Part shown: one piece after another, positions 25,214 to 38,851 of the stretch
How positions within the stretch are numbered: the stretch's first letter is position 1
How the letters are laid out: every line of letters begins with the position of its first letter
NCBI RefSeq assembly: GCF_000143415.4
Contig: NW_003314262.1
Coordinates: 1,353,960-1,417,959 of the forward strand
Direction: 5' to 3'
DNA length: 64,000 nucleotides
From: Selaginella moellendorffii
Taxonomy: Eukaryota > Plantae > Lycopodiophyta
The notes under the pieces: generated by a model
Told to the model about the DNA's origin: nothing
Databases searched by the model: none
What the model saw: only the letters and a program-made list of their open reading frames with translations
Translations under genes and position numbers: made by a program

Positions 25214-26444
25214 CTATAACTTTGGACAGGAGTTCGCTCTAGCTTTTGCAGTCGGGCCTGAGTAAAAGAGAAAACAACAGTGCTCAATAAGAAATGAAAA
25301 CGAAATAAGAAAAACTCTTACACATTCCGTAATAGCAAGGTTGTCGAGACGCTGAATCTTCTTCTAAAGGCGGCGGAGTCTGGCCGTAGATAAAATCACA
25401 GCTCATGTCTTCGAAGTCTACAAGTTAGAAAAACTTAGCTCCAATCCGTTGGAAGAGAAAAACTTACTGGGAACCATCGTCATGGGCACACCGAGTTCTT
25501 TCGCAAAAAATCTCTGGGATGGGACCTTGCACATGTTGGTACACAAGCCCACGCATGCCGAGCGCTCCAAAACTCTACATGCCAAAAACGAGAAGCAAAA
25601 ATTCTAAATAAAAAACGAAAAAGGAGACAGAACAAACACTATGCCTGCATTTCTGGATGTGAACACCACTTTTTTGCTTCACTCCATCAACCTCCACTTC
25701 GATCACCTGAGTTTAATTTTAGAGACAGACACTAACAACACTACCAACACACCTCGCTTGGTCCAATCAACCAACTCGTGAACAGTGTAGTGCCGTGAGC
25801 ATAAAACTCCGCTGTAGCTCTAGATACCGGCAAGATAGTCCGAACCTATAGTGTCAGGCGCTAAATGTGAACAAGATGTTGACAAACTCGAAAACCTGGA
25901 AGAAACCGCTGCATACCATAGCTCCGATCCACCAAGGCATGAGAGACTCTAATACTCGCAGTACCATTTCGTGCTGTTGCACAGGAGTCCGGCCTTGCAT
26001 CATCTTCCTTGCTACGTCCACAAAGCCATCAAACCCAGGAAGGCTGGTGGTTTTTCCTGCAGCACAGAACAACGACGGAGCTTTAGAAAAAGCTGAGACA
26101 AAACCGATCAAAGTACCAGAGATTTTGGACATGGCTCCAACGAAGACGAGTATCATCCGCTTGTCAAGCCAGGAATCGTTGTAAGAGGAGATCTGTCCCA
26201 TCGGAGCAGGCCTCCATGTTTCTTCAAGCCTTCCAGATGCCGCGGCCCTGCACTTAAGAGTAAAAGCACCACAAGCTCTCGATGTTCTTCCCGACTGTCT
26301 AGAAAGATCCCTCTTGATTTCCAGACTAAACGAACCAACATTCGCGATGGAAGAAGCACCAGCAGCCATGCCGGCTCGCAGGTTCTTCCTCCGCAAAAAT
26401 ATTCCTACGGTGTTTGTCCTTTTCAATCCGGAATCTGATTCCAT
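25214..26444 (-). CDS. D27-like beta-carotene isomerase (DUF4033), multi-exon
   Basis: Motifs YNDSWLD, GFDGFVD, WLIGP, KCRVLERSACVGLCTNMCKVPSQRFF, FEDMSCDFIYGQTPP, ending CPKL*. Start at ATG 26444 or 26369. Confidence 0.88.
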
Positions 26445-26600
26445 GGAGCATACTGGAAGCATGTAAAACAAAACACGAGTGAGAGATAAGTTCGCGAAAA
26501 CAGTGAAAAAACAGAGCCAAAGATTCTACCTTGCAAACTTTGCAAAGAATAAATACTAGATGTAGAAAGCAGTGAAAAAGGAATTTTTTTCATACCTCTA

Positions 26601-26924
26601 TCAAGAATCTATCTCCATGGCTTTGGCAGCCCCCGCTGCCTTCACTAAGCTCTTCTTCTTCTTCTTCTTGCTAACTTTCTTCTTGATCTTCACCGAATCG
26701 ATCTATCGATAGCACAGAGCTGCGTAAATGCGAATAAAATCATGGTATCCATACCTTCATCTTGTTTTGGTTTGGAATTCTCTTGGCCTGCTTGTCAAGC
26801 TGTTCTTTCTCCCCTGCGCCAGCCACAATCAGGTGAGATTTCTATCAGAGAATCACAAATGCCTACTCTTGAGATCAAACTCGTGCTGCCGGGCGCGCGT
26901 GGCGAGGTTGTTCTTCTTCGACAT
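26601..26924 (-). CDS. Small basic Lys-rich protein (72 aa, three exons), resembling a conserved uncharacterised plant family
   Basis: Exons 26924-26867, 26813-26755 and 26702-26601 with GT-AG introns give MSKKNNLATRARQHEFDLKREKEQLDKQAKRIPNQNKMKIDSVKIKKKVSKKKKKKSLVKAAGAAKAMEIDS*. Confidence 0.8.
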
Positions 26925-26989
26925 CGCAAGAACCCTAAGTTTTAGTTTTAGGGTTCTACCTATCTCTCTCTTTTGTCATTGTTTCTGGA
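26925..26989. promoter_or_regulatory. 65-bp divergent intergenic region with telo-box-like motifs
   Basis: AACCCTAA and TTAGGGTT in inverted arrangement between ATG 26924 (-) and ATG 26990 (+). Confidence 0.6.
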
Positions 26990-29900
26990 ATGGAGGAGGG
27001 AGATTTGGCGCTGGAGACCGGCCCCTCTCTGAGGCCAATGTAGGCATCGTTGCGCTCGTCCTGATGGAAAATCCAAGCGTTTTCTTGGTTTTGGCAGATA
27101 CGCGTTTGGATTCGAGGCCATTCCCGGGAAGAACAAGCAAATGGTGTGCATCGACGAGCACACCATCGCCTATGCTCTCGGCTGCAATCTCGTCTTCCAC
27201 AAGTACAATCCTTTCGATTCTTTTGTAGAATTTGTTCTACTTTTTCTTTCTTGATCAGTTTCCTCGACAAGACAATGCATTTCATCGTCATGAACAGTGG
27301 AGTCCAGGTGAGAGAATAGAAAGGATCTCTATTCAGACAAACTCTTTCTTCCTATTCTTTTCTTTTTCAGAGCATCGTTTCTCTGACTTCTACACCGAGT
27401 GGGAGCCTCGTTGCAGTGTGTGAGAAGATGAAAACTGGTCACGGCCAGGTGCATAGATTTTTCCTTATGTGCTTTTATGATCATTGATCTGGGACTGTCA
27501 TGTTCGTCGATTGTAGATTTCGATTGTCGACACAAAGAAGCTCAAAGTTGTGCAAACACTCATCTCCACAAGTCCCGCAGGTGGCTATTAATTTCACTCT
27601 TGGTATGTTGGGACCATTGTGTTGTTGGTTTCTTTGTTATTCTCATCACAGGTGTGATTGTTTTGAAGAGCTTGAAGTGTGCGCTCTATCGAAGAACGAG
27701 CAAAAGGCAGTCGCTGTCACAAAGAACGTGAAAGGTTCTGTAATCTGTTGGGAGCTCGAGCACGGCAAGGTCCGCTTGAAAAAGAATGGAGAATTGATGC
27801 TCACTGCTTACGTTTTTGTTTTTCAATAGGTTTTGACGACTATACCAATTTTTGTGGAGATCACGGGAGTGACTGTGAATCCCCATGATAGCGACGAGTT
27901 TGCCACTTGTGGTTAGTCCTTCTTTCAAGTAAAATAGTTTTCATACGTCTTTTGAGCATGCAGGGCCTACACATTTTAGAATATGGAGCCTCAAAGGTGG
28001 AACTACCAAGAGCTTCGCTGTTCCTGGCCTTCAAGTCACTAATCAGGCGCTTACTCTCACGGACCATGATTGGCTCCAGGATGGCGGGCTTGCTGTTTCG
28101 ACAGTAGAGGATATGATACTGATAGTACGAGACGGACGCATAGAGAGTGTAAGTATTTGATTTCAGATGGACTTGTAGCTTCACAGAGTTTTCGCTGCAG
28201 AAACTGGTAGACACAGGGCACACACTGCGTTTAGTGGCCACTCGGAACGGATTTCTCACGGGAAGGGACGACGGCACTCTGACTGACTTTAAGGTTTAGT
28301 TGTTGTTTCGTTGAAGAATTAATCCGAACTTTCTTTCCTCCACAGGCCCGTGGAAGACCTCCTGTTTATACAGGAACCGTTCTTACTAGGTGCACATCCT
28401 AACATGATTGAGATATTCGTCCTCAGTCTTTAAACTTTACAGAACTCGTGGTCCGATTTCCTGTATTGCGCTACCTCCGAATGTGGATGCCCTGGCTTAT
28501 GTTCAACAGGTAAATGCTTTGGTTTTTCTGGTCATAACTGAAAATTGTGCCACGCTAGATAACAGGAAGGTATTGTGCTCAAGGTTGACTATGCGGACTT
28601 TGAGTCGGAGGGCCCGAAAGATCTCATGGACATGCATGGTAGACTGTAAGAAGAAAGATATTGTTCTACAATCTTTCTTGTTTTGTACAGTGATTGACCT
28701 TGCGGCTGTTTCTGGAATGGATATTTGCGTTCGTCGCAGATTGATTGCAACTTGTAGTAACGATAAAATGGTGCGGGTGTGGAGCTACTGTCGACTTTTG
28801 TGCGACTTAACTTACGCGTAAGCATGTATCCTTGTCTACATGCCATTCACTTCTGTCATTTGCAGTTGTCACGAGCAACCAAGCAGCATAGCCATCAGCC
28901 CCTGGGGCTACGAGCTCGCAGTGGGAATGGCATACTCAAGCATCTTGCTGTTTGGTATCATGGCCTCTCGGTGAGCTTCAGAACGAAAATAACGTGTTAT
29001 CTAATCACCTCTTCCTGCTTTGCTTGTAAAGGCTAGAGCCCCGGAGGGAAGTTGCGCTGCAAGGCTGTGGAGCAATAAAGTACAGTCCAAGTGGTGACAT
29101 GGTTGCGGCTTTATGCGGGCGTGAGATTGTTATCTACTCGAGCTTTACGTGGGAAGTGCTTACAGTATTGAAGGTACTTGCACAGTTCTTGTGCTAATTT
29201 TCTCCCGCGAATTTATTGCAGGGACATATCAATAAGGTGACGTCGATTGCGTGGTCCAGTAACTCTGTTCATCTAGCATCAGCTGGACTGGACGGTGCCA
29301 CCTACAGATGGGCTGTTGACGACTTTAGGCGGCACGAGGAATGCGTCACGAAGGGATCGCAGTATGCCAGTATACTTTACGACCACAGCCGGTATTTCCT
29401 ATACAGCTGCGGTCCGGGCCTTCCGTTGCGAATCATCAGCACCAGTAACAAGCCCCCACCGGAGATTCTCAACACTTTCCCGAACGAAGTTATTATCGGA
29501 GTATGGGATGGCACAGGGGACGGTGACTGGGCAAACAGGGTACAGGGGGCTCCGATTCTTGTGCGAGCTTCAAGACCAACCAAGCTATGGCCAACTTGTC
29601 GGCTATTTCCAGAGGCGAATGGTTTNNNNNNNNNNNNNNNNNNNNNNNNNNNNNNNNNNNNNNNNNNNNNNNNNNNNNNNNNNNNNNNNNNNNNNNNNNN
29701 NNNNNNNNNNNNNNNNNNNNNNNNNATACGCAAGAGCTGCATGGTTACGCTTATCCTTTTGCGAGCAACAAGACTTCTCCTCTTATGAAGTTTCCACAGC
29801 AGTCAGGTATGGTGACTGAATTTTGACGATATAGTTTCCCAGCTCATCTGTGCATTCTTACCAGGTCGGATTGCTGCAATGTGTGTTGACGAAACGCATA

Positions 29901-32349
29901 ACATTGTGTTTATTCGTTCCACAAAAGGCACTATATTTATTTGTACTTTGGATGATGGCAAGATTTCTGCTGAAAGACCGACTAGTTTGCTTGATTTCTT
30001 CACTGACCAAAATGAAGAAGGCGAAATTGAGAACTGGTTGCTTATTAGGCGCAGTGAGCTGGAAGAAGCCGGGGAAGAAGCCCAGGTGAAGATTTTTATT
30101 TATTTATAGTTTTCTTTCACAAACTTTTAACTGTTAACTTTTGTTGTTTGTAGAACCTGAAATCAAGCTTGCAAGCTGAGCAAGATGAGTCCCAGTATAG
30201 GCAGCACAGGATTCGGCAAGATTGGGCTGCTAAGATAAAAGAGAAGGAGAAAGAGCATGCAAAAAGAGAGAGGGAGCTTGTATTGGAAATGCAAACTCTA
30301 AAGGAGAAACTGGAAGCTGCAGAGAAAAACTTGGAACATACAACTCAAACGTTCTTGGAATCCCAAAGCCAGGCAATGGGAACCTTGTACGAGCATTTTG
30401 AAGAAAAGGTAACACTATTGGTCAGATCTTCGGCTACCTCACGCGTCTTGTGTTCCAGTTTACCGGAGAAACAGCTAGAGCGGAACACTGGAGAACAAAA
30501 GCAGAGCAAGTGAAGGAGAGCTGCGTCAAAGAGATAGAACACAAAGAGAAGGTGCACACTACGGAGGTGTTGGGCTTGCAAAGTCAGATAGACAAAATAG
30601 AAAGCCACTCTCGAACAAGGATGCAGAAGTTGCAGGAAGACTGTGAGAGAGAGATCAGGAAATACAAGGTAGGAAATGGCGCATCCCTTTGCGTTTATTG
30701 ATTGGGTCTGTGCAGACGTATATGGACGAAGACCTCTTGATTAACGACGAGGAGCTGGTGGTCGGGTTTTCACAGATGAAGCAAGCAATGCAGGCGCAGC
30801 AAAAACACATTGATGATGCAAGAGCACAGATGTTGTTGGAGAAGAAAGCTGCCACCTCGTATCAGCTGCAAATTACGGAACTGTCAACTCTCTGCACGGC
30901 ACAAGATTCAAACATACGGCACCTCGAGATTGAGAAGGCGAGGCTCGAGAACTTCGCTCTGGAATTTGACTACAAGAAGCGGATCCTGGATAAACTAGTG
31001 GAGGAGGCTGATGAGCACCGAAAGGCGTTGCTGCATGCGACTAAAGAAAGAGAAACATTGGCAGTACTGCAGCACTCCAAAATCCAGCAGGTAAAACTCG
31101 CTGGAGTTTGTGCTAAGTTTGTGCGTTTTTCTATTTCAGCTTGTTGAGCGTGAGAAGCCGCTTGTCGCTGAGCTTTCTCAATACAAATCTAAAATTCAAG
31201 AGATGCAAGCTCGTGAGTCGCTGGATGTGAAACACAGGCTCGCACAAGAAGAGGCTGCCAGATTGCTCACGGAGCGGATACAAGATCTGGAGCAACGTGT
31301 TTTCCGGCTTCTCCATCAACTCGGGCAGAAAGAAGAGTATCTAGACGCATTCAAAGAAGCTTTGTGTGTCATCGTTCACGACCACGATCCAGGGGAATGG
31401 CCTCCACTGACGAGAGGTTTGTTCCTGGCCTACGTTAAAGGATCAGAAAGGGCAGCAGTGGCTGAAGGATTGGAATCCAGATCCCAGATCATGAAGCAAA
31501 GGTGAATAACACTTCTAAGACTGTTGATGGTTTTTGATTCTCACATTTTCGCATTGCAGGCAAATTCTTGAAGACTTTGTTGTGGTCTTGAAGACCACTA
31601 TCGATCGAACCAAAGACCGCTGCAAGGAGGAGATGCAGCACTTCGTCAAGGAGAACCTCAACCTCCTGCGGGATTTCTGCGAGGCCAACCGGAATAGCAG
31701 GCGCATGGCTTTCATGGTCCAGAAGTTGCAAGTATGTATACTCAGTTTTATCTTTTGTTGTCTCGTCTCACGCGTGCTTACCTGTTTTGCTTTGCAGCAA
31801 CAAGTGGCGTACTTCAAAGGTATTGTTTCGATGCAAAAGAGGTCGCTAGCAAGGGCCCGGCAAAGCTCGTCTAGGCCATCCACACCGGAAAAGAGACGCT
31901 CCATCATCACAGCCGAGCCGCGAAGATCATCATCCTTCGTCACGAGTGGGATCCAGCGTAGGATAAGATTGTCCCGCGAGTCGGATGCGCTGCGGTTACC
32001 TGCGAGGCCTCCAACGCCAGTCTCGGAGATACTCAAGCCTTACTCTCGCTTCTCCATCGTCCATGGAGACCAGGATCACACACGGAGGATGACAACGTCT
32101 CAGATCGAGAAGCGGATGAGCAAGCCCTGGGGAACGGCCGAGCCGGAGCGGAAGAGCAATAGGATCCAAGTTGATGATCTTCTGAGGCAGCTGGAGGAGA
32201 CTAGAAGTGAGCTCGGGAAGAAGCAGGGAGAGATCAACGTGCTCCAGGCTGCTCTAGCGGCGAAGCAAAGATCCAGGCCGGGTACGTCACTGGGATTTAA
32301 CGCTATGCAAAAGAAAGGTGGTGTTATTGCTAGAGGGCGTCCAAAGTGA
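26990..32349 (+). CDS. CFAP57: Cilia/flagella-associated WD40 plus coiled-coil protein, CFAP57/WDR65-like
   Basis: WD40 exons (GHINKVTSIAWS...SAGLDGATYRW...RHEECVTKG; IATCSNDKMVRVW) followed by a long coiled coil and KENLNLLRD. Spans an assembly gap. Confidence 0.75.
29626..29725. other. Assembly gap (100 N)
   Basis: Run of N. Confidence 1.
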
Positions 32350-34305
32350 CCCTTGTTCCTACAATAATAATAGTTGTGAATATTTCAGACAAGAAATGAA
32401 TAAATGAATAAAATAAAAAAATAACCTGAAAAAATTATTTTAAAAAAACAATTTAATTGCATAAAAGGATTCAGTTCATTATGTTTTATGCATATAAATG
32501 TATATCACATTTTCTAATTAAGTTTTTTCACACCATTTCAGCAAGGGTAAAATATTTATAAATAAAATTTCACCAATGCTCACCTTAATTCAATATTTAG
32601 AGAATGATAAAAATGCTTGAGGTATATATTTTAAAGTTAATAATTTTTCAACATTTAATGAAAAAAAATATATAAAAAATTTAATGAAAGATATAATATA
32701 AATAATACCCTATAGCAATAATATTGTCTAATCCATGCCCATCATTATTGGATTTAAAAATATTTTTGTATTTAAACTATTTCTTGATAGGTACATTATT
32801 ATATTGAAATTTATTAATTTCTCTATCAAGTTAATTTATGCTATAAATGGGTTTGAGTCCCAACCCTTTAGTGATTGGGTTCAAGTCTCAGGTATAATGA
32901 TAGTTTGGAATATAAGGATATTCATTTTTTTGGTGGTTATAAGGAGATTAGCTTAAACACACTACAAAGCAAGGGATGCCCTAGAGTTATGATGCACAAT
33001 TAATGTGCTTAGTGTGAAAGCATGGCATATTTAAATTAAACACTCTAGTTTAAATAGCATTGAGGATATAGTGAATGAAATAGAGATACCCAATCTTAGT
33101 TGTTATGGACTCTTGGCCAGAAGTGCTAATTTAGGTGCACCATCAAGTGTGAGGATGTCCTCAGGGTTATAGTTAACAATTTAAAAATTTGGTAAACCTA
33201 ATACTTATTAGTAGATATATTAATGTTTCTAGGTGAGATCACTAGGTGATCCTAGGATAAGTTCTTTATTAAGCTAAGGAATAAGTTTCCTAGTTTAAAG
33301 CAATGATTTGAACTATTGGTAATTGTGTTACTTAGTCAAGATGACCAAATGGGAAAGACACCTAAGTGAAATAAATTGCAATAATATAATGGTATTATGA
33401 GTCTAAGAAAGTAATTTTTAAGGACTTATGGAAAGCTTACAAGGTTGGGCTGTGGATAGTGCCTATAGCAGAAAATGCAAGAAAAACTTACTAAAGGTGA
33501 ACACCTTTTGGATTTAGCAAAACAAATATTTTGTTATAGAACCAAAAGAATATCTCAATGATAAAAGTAGTGATTCTATGTTATTTGGTGTAACAATCAA
33601 AGGATAGAAACAAAAGATTAATGGCTGAGAATGGGCTTTGGAAATTGTTAGAAGAAATCTAAATGACAAAAAACTACTATATAAGAGATGTTAATGAATT
33701 ATGGGAAAGGAAATATATTTCTAAGAATGGGATTCTAAAATGCTTTAATTTGGCAAAAATAAAAGCTCCAAGGTAGTCAAATGATAAGGTTATAGATAGC
33801 CTAGTGTGTATGATACCTTGCATTGTATAGGTTGTGCAAGCTTTATTTCCCCATTCTAGAAAGTTCTTTACTTGAGAGCACTATTATCCTCTCCTTTATT
33901 TCGTATTACTCTAGGTATTAAATTCCACTTATCCATAAATTGTTATTAGAAAATTAATTCAAAATGTCAATATTAAAGTTCCAAAGTGCAATGGTTATGT
34001 TGGTAGAGGCCGAGACTACTCTAGAATGAATAGTAAAATTGAGATAGAGAAAGTGTTTCTAATGGGTTTAGTAAAAACTAAATGAACAAAGGGAGAGAAT
34101 TACCATATATAATTTAATGAGACTCTATGTTAAAGAAATTATGCTCCTTAAAGGATGTGCAATGCATAGTAAGCCTTCACTGTTGAACTATTGATGAATA
34201 TTGACTTAGTGCTAAGGATGAAATTGGTAATCCATAATAGGATTACTTTATAAAATGGTTTATCGTTCGATGAGGACATCAAATTTCATCTATAAGTGGT
34301 GAAGT

Positions 34306-35916
34306 TGTGAGACATAAATCTCTAAGTAACAAAATGGAGCTCGAAAGTGTGTTATATAGCAATGGTTAAAGTAGAAGTCCAATGGGCATAACATATTAGG
34401 ACCAAAAGCTTCGACTCGGAAAGTCGTAAGCAGGAGTGGAACTCTGAACGAAGTGCTCGAAGAATGAGTATGAAACAATCAATAAATAAATATCTAGAAA
34501 GGGACATAAAAAGAATTGACATATAGCAAGTCTTGTGATATATAAAAGTGTCGGGACCGAATTTGATATGGAGTCCAAGATGGAGTTTGATAAGGAATCT
34601 GAAATAGAGTTTAAAAAAGAGTCCATGATGGAGTTTGATAAGGAGTCTAAGATGGAATCCAAGAAGAAGTCTAAGATAGAGTCCAAGGCAAAGACATAGA
34701 CTGAGTTCGAGACCAAAACTGAGTTTGAATGCTAATACAGATTGAAAGGTGAAAGCCCAAAATGATCATCCTATAAAGGGGGGGATTCAACAGTTCTAAA
34801 AGTATAGTAGAGAGAGTGTTAAGATTGGACTCTAGTGGAATCAGTTTAATCAAGAAAAGTCAATATAACTTAAAAAAGCTATATCTATGTGGTGGATGAT
34901 GATATAATCATTAAAGAGTTTAAGGCTAGAGTGAATATAAGTGGACAAATAAGGTAGCTTTGTGAAATGTTCAAAAGCCAACTCTAGCTCCTCTAGAAGA
35001 TCGAATGGTCAATGCTCCCAATATAAGTGTGGGTGGCATTACCTATTTAAATACCTGGTATGGCTCATCAAACCTCGTTCTAACCACATGGCTAGGTATA
35101 ATCTCTTGAATTTGAACTTTCTGGGAGGTTATTCAACCCAATACTATTCAAACCCAAGTATCCCAAGACCCTTAACCAATTAGGGGGTGCATCCTTATTT
35201 ATGGGCCCTTTCCCTTTATATTTGAACCTTTATAAATCGTCTTTTAAGTTATTCTTTTTTATTGTTTACACTAGGGCACCCAAAGGCAAAAGGTAAGGGG
35301 AGTATACATGAGGCTTGTATTAAGCTGCAATTTTTTTAAGTGTTGTCCCAAAGTTCTAAACTGTGGAAAGGAAAATAAGTAATTCTTTTGTGTAATAACC
35401 AAAAATACAATCATATAATAAAGAAATCCTAAAGGTTAATAGAATTTAGTGGTTGGGGCTCCAAGCCCTCACCCAATGGTGGCATTAGCAAACACGACCA
35501 TAGATAGAGAGGGACTTGGTAAGAAGGGACATTGAGGGAGGGTGTTCTTTATGTCTTTAAGCATTTTAAAGATGCTAAAGTGTGTTTATAGGATGACCAC
35601 TCATGAATAGATAGTTCAGTTTTTGAGAAACAAGATTATGGTATAAATGGTCTTAAACTATCAATGAGATAAAAGTAAATGGACATAACTTTAGTATAAT
35701 AAATTGATAGATCAGTGGTACTTTGGGTGTCTGTTGTGAAATTAGACATATTGAGCACTTGGACCAAGTGCAAAGATAAAGTGGCATAAAGGCCATTCAC
35801 AAAACTAACAAATCCCTAAGTCAATATAAAACTTATGGATTGTGAATAAAACTCCTTTAAATGGTCTAAAGTGTGGTTAAATGATTAAAGTAAAATGAAA
35901 AATTTAATCACTTATA
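34306..35916. mobile_element. Eroded solo LTR; copy 3 of the satellite-bearing family
   Basis: Colinear with 3705-5475 (TGTGAGACATAAATC...AATTTAATCACTTATA), with a short decayed array at ~34550-34720. TSD not recognisable. Confidence 0.85.
35097..35270 (-). mobile_element. Solo LTR of the Cassandra-type TRIM, nested in LTR copy 3
   Basis: Homologous to 60158-60351, with TSD CTAGG (35092-35096 / 35271-35275). Confidence 0.85.
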
Positions 35917-37010
35917 TATGGTCCTTTAAAAATATGTGGGAAACTTGCATAAATGATTTTAAGAATGATAAATGGTAATCATTGTAAAATGATCGAACTA
36001 ATAATACACATTATCCTTAAAATTCCCACAAAAGAAATTTAGAAAAAATTGCACTATGCACCATAAATGTTGCTATCAATTGAGTTTAATTATTCAATTA
36101 CAACTACATAACATCAAGCAATTGCACTAATTGCTACTCCAAAATCAAAAAAGGAAAAGGTTATTGCAAAGGAAGAATATGCTAAGATGAATAATAATAA
36201 AAAAAAATAGAAGAGAAAAAATGGAAAAGCTACAAAAATGAAAAAGATTTAAAAAATGCAAAAGCTATAACTAGAAATGTTTTTCATCTCCATCAATGTA
36301 AGTGTATAGAATACAAAAATTTGCATATTTAATTGGCCTAAAATCCTATTTAATTGAATTGAAACCAATAAATAACTATAAAAATCCTAGTACACTATAC
36401 TTGAACTATAAATAAATATATCCACTAAAAACTCTCACTTGATTTTAAAGCTCTTTGTTATCCTTTTATCTTAACAATCCTCCCCTCACTCATACTTAAC
36501 CTAGCCTCTGGCACGACTCTTGAATCTACCACTAAGTAAAATAATGTTTTAGACGGTTTAGATTTGCTTGAATAATTTTCGAAATGAGGAGAAGACAATA
36601 TAAAATTCTATCCATCCATCCAGGTTCCGGTTCCAACAACAACCAACACACACACAAATGGGAAGGGTGTGACAGAATATTCCTCCGTCAGTCAGTGATG
36701 GGGGGGCTGGGTACTTTCCTAGTTACTTACCGTCCACAACAGTTCTAGTGTCCCATTCATCAGCTCGATCATGGTCACTGGCAGTCATCGCAGGAGGGAT
36801 CTAGGGTTTCCAGGGCGACGCGAGGTGGAGCATGGCGTGGATGCGGCGCCGCTGACGCGCATTCCCCCAGGTACCGCCAGGCGCGCAATGCGCCGCTCGC
36901 GCCTACCTAGTGGGCCGCGGGATTCCCAGAGCAGGCTAGAAATTTGCTAGATTTCGCCCCGGATTTCATGTCGGTTTGCTGGATTCGAGCGCCTCGTCTC
37001 ACCATCGGGG

Positions 37011-38851
37011 ATGATATCTTCCTCCTCTCGGGCCACTGTAGTAGAGCAGCAGCAGCAGCAGCACAGGAAGAGGAGCTCCGTGTGTAGCGTCAACACTGAA
37101 TTCCAGGATGCTCTCATCCCCGACTTAAACATCGCTCACGTCCCTTCTTCCTCGGACGAGGATGCTGTCCCGGCCACCGGTACTCTCACCACCACTACCA
37201 CTTCTCTTCCTGGAGCTGGAAGTCTAGAAGAACAGGAAGAACAGGATAAAAATCTGGAGCACCAGCGCCCAGCGGTAGCAGTAACAATCACCGAAGCTCC
37301 AGCCCCGAGCTGGTTGCCGGAAGGCTGGATTTCCGAGTGTCGGACGCGAGCCGATGGTCACAGAGATAAGGTAGCATTGTTTTGCGTGCTCTTTAGCTTG
37401 CTTGGAGTGCTAAAGCTTTTTTTCTTTGTTCTTTCTTCCATGGCAGTACTACATTGAGTCGTACTCGGGCAGACGCTTCCGTTCCAAAGTCGAGGTATTC
37501 AAGTACTTGGAGACGGGGCTCCCGCCTGCGAGGTGGAAGAGGAAAGGGAAGGGTGTAAACACTGCTACCACCTCCACTGCCCTGGGTGACCCCAATGCTC
37601 CTCGCTCCTTGGAGCAGCACCGCGAGACACTTGGAGGGCTGTATACGTCGGCCAACAACAACAGCTTCAGCACAGGGGCGGATTTCTTCGTCGCCAAAAC
37701 TTCGTCGAGCGTTTCGGCCAGCGATACTTTCAATGCCTCGCACGCAAGCTTCGATGGCTTGCGGGGCGTGGCAATGAACGGGATTGCGCCGCCACCTCCG
37801 GCTGCTTCATTTTCCCTCCATCGAAGCGGCCTCGACATGGAGCAGCACGCGAAGAAGCCGGTTGTTTTCGACTACTGGACGTCAACTTTAGGTGCTGCTG
37901 GTGGTGCTGCTGGTGGGTCTGGCGTCGTGACGAGCTTAACTTCTTCGGCGGCGCCGCGTACTTCCTCGACGTCGTGGACAGAAAACTACAAAGTCGGGAA
38001 CACCTTTATAAACGGGATGTCGTCGTCGGTTCCTTCCTTCGTCGGATCTAAGGCCACCACTTCCGATACTCCGCACTGGTTGGACCGGATACTAAACAAG
38101 CCTCCTCCGGCAGCAATCTCGCAGCCGGCCTACAGTTTTGGTCTCACCGGAGGCTTCGTCCAGTCCCCGCTCCACTACCTCCAGAACGCGGGTGCCTTTC
38201 ACAACAACTGGCTCAACCTCAAGCCGCCAACAGCGATCACTCAATCCGACTACGACGTCCCTTGGAAGTCCCGCTCCTGGTTCGACAGAAGAGAGCCCGA
38301 CAGGCTTGAAAGGCGAGCCACCATAAATCTAAACCAGCCCCTCGTCGATCCAGGTACGCTCGCGTTTGTTTTCATAGTTCTCGAGTCTCTTAAGCTTTGT
38401 TTTCGTTTCTCCAGACGAGGAAGCCCGCGCGCATTACCCGAGCGAGTACCAAGCAGATCACAGGCACAGGCACGACTACTCGAGCCACGCTACGAGCTCG
38501 CTGGAGAACTTATGGAAGAAAGCGGTGCCCATCACTCTGGAGCACAGGGAATACGTTGCGTACTCGAACGGGAGCAGAGCGAGCAAATCCTCGGGAAGCC
38601 ATCACCAGCAGCAGCAGCAGCAGCATCACCACCACCAGCATCAAACGCAGTCGCAGCAGCAGCAGCAGCCACAGCAGCAGCAGCCGCCGCAGCATCACTC
38701 GCAAAAACACGAGGTGGGAGTGAAGAAGAAGATTGATCGATACCAAGAGAAGAAGAGACTGGAGAGATTAGGAACTAGGCTGTGTGAGCAAGGGCTGGCG
38801 AGGCTCGTCCATGAACTCAAGGACCGGCGGCGTGGGATTGACTTGAATTAA
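37011..38851 (+). CDS. Methyl-CpG-binding domain (MBD) protein with a long low-complexity tail
   Basis: APSWLPEGWISECRTRADGHRDK|YYIESYSGRRFRSKVEVFKYLETG, poly-Q/H last exon. The start may lie further upstream (~36771). Confidence 0.85.

Larger units (their letters stand above)
32700..36350. mobile_element. AT-rich, heavily decayed transposon-like island
   Basis: AT-rich and CpG-poor with no intact ORF; hosts nested LTR copies. Host family not identifiable. Confidence 0.5.

Noticed and set aside
22399-26444. P450 plus D27-like as an apocarotenoid/strigolactone biosynthetic cluster
   Set aside because: The P450 is CYP71-clan rather than CYP711/MAX1-like, no CCD gene is nearby, and proximity is explained by gene density.
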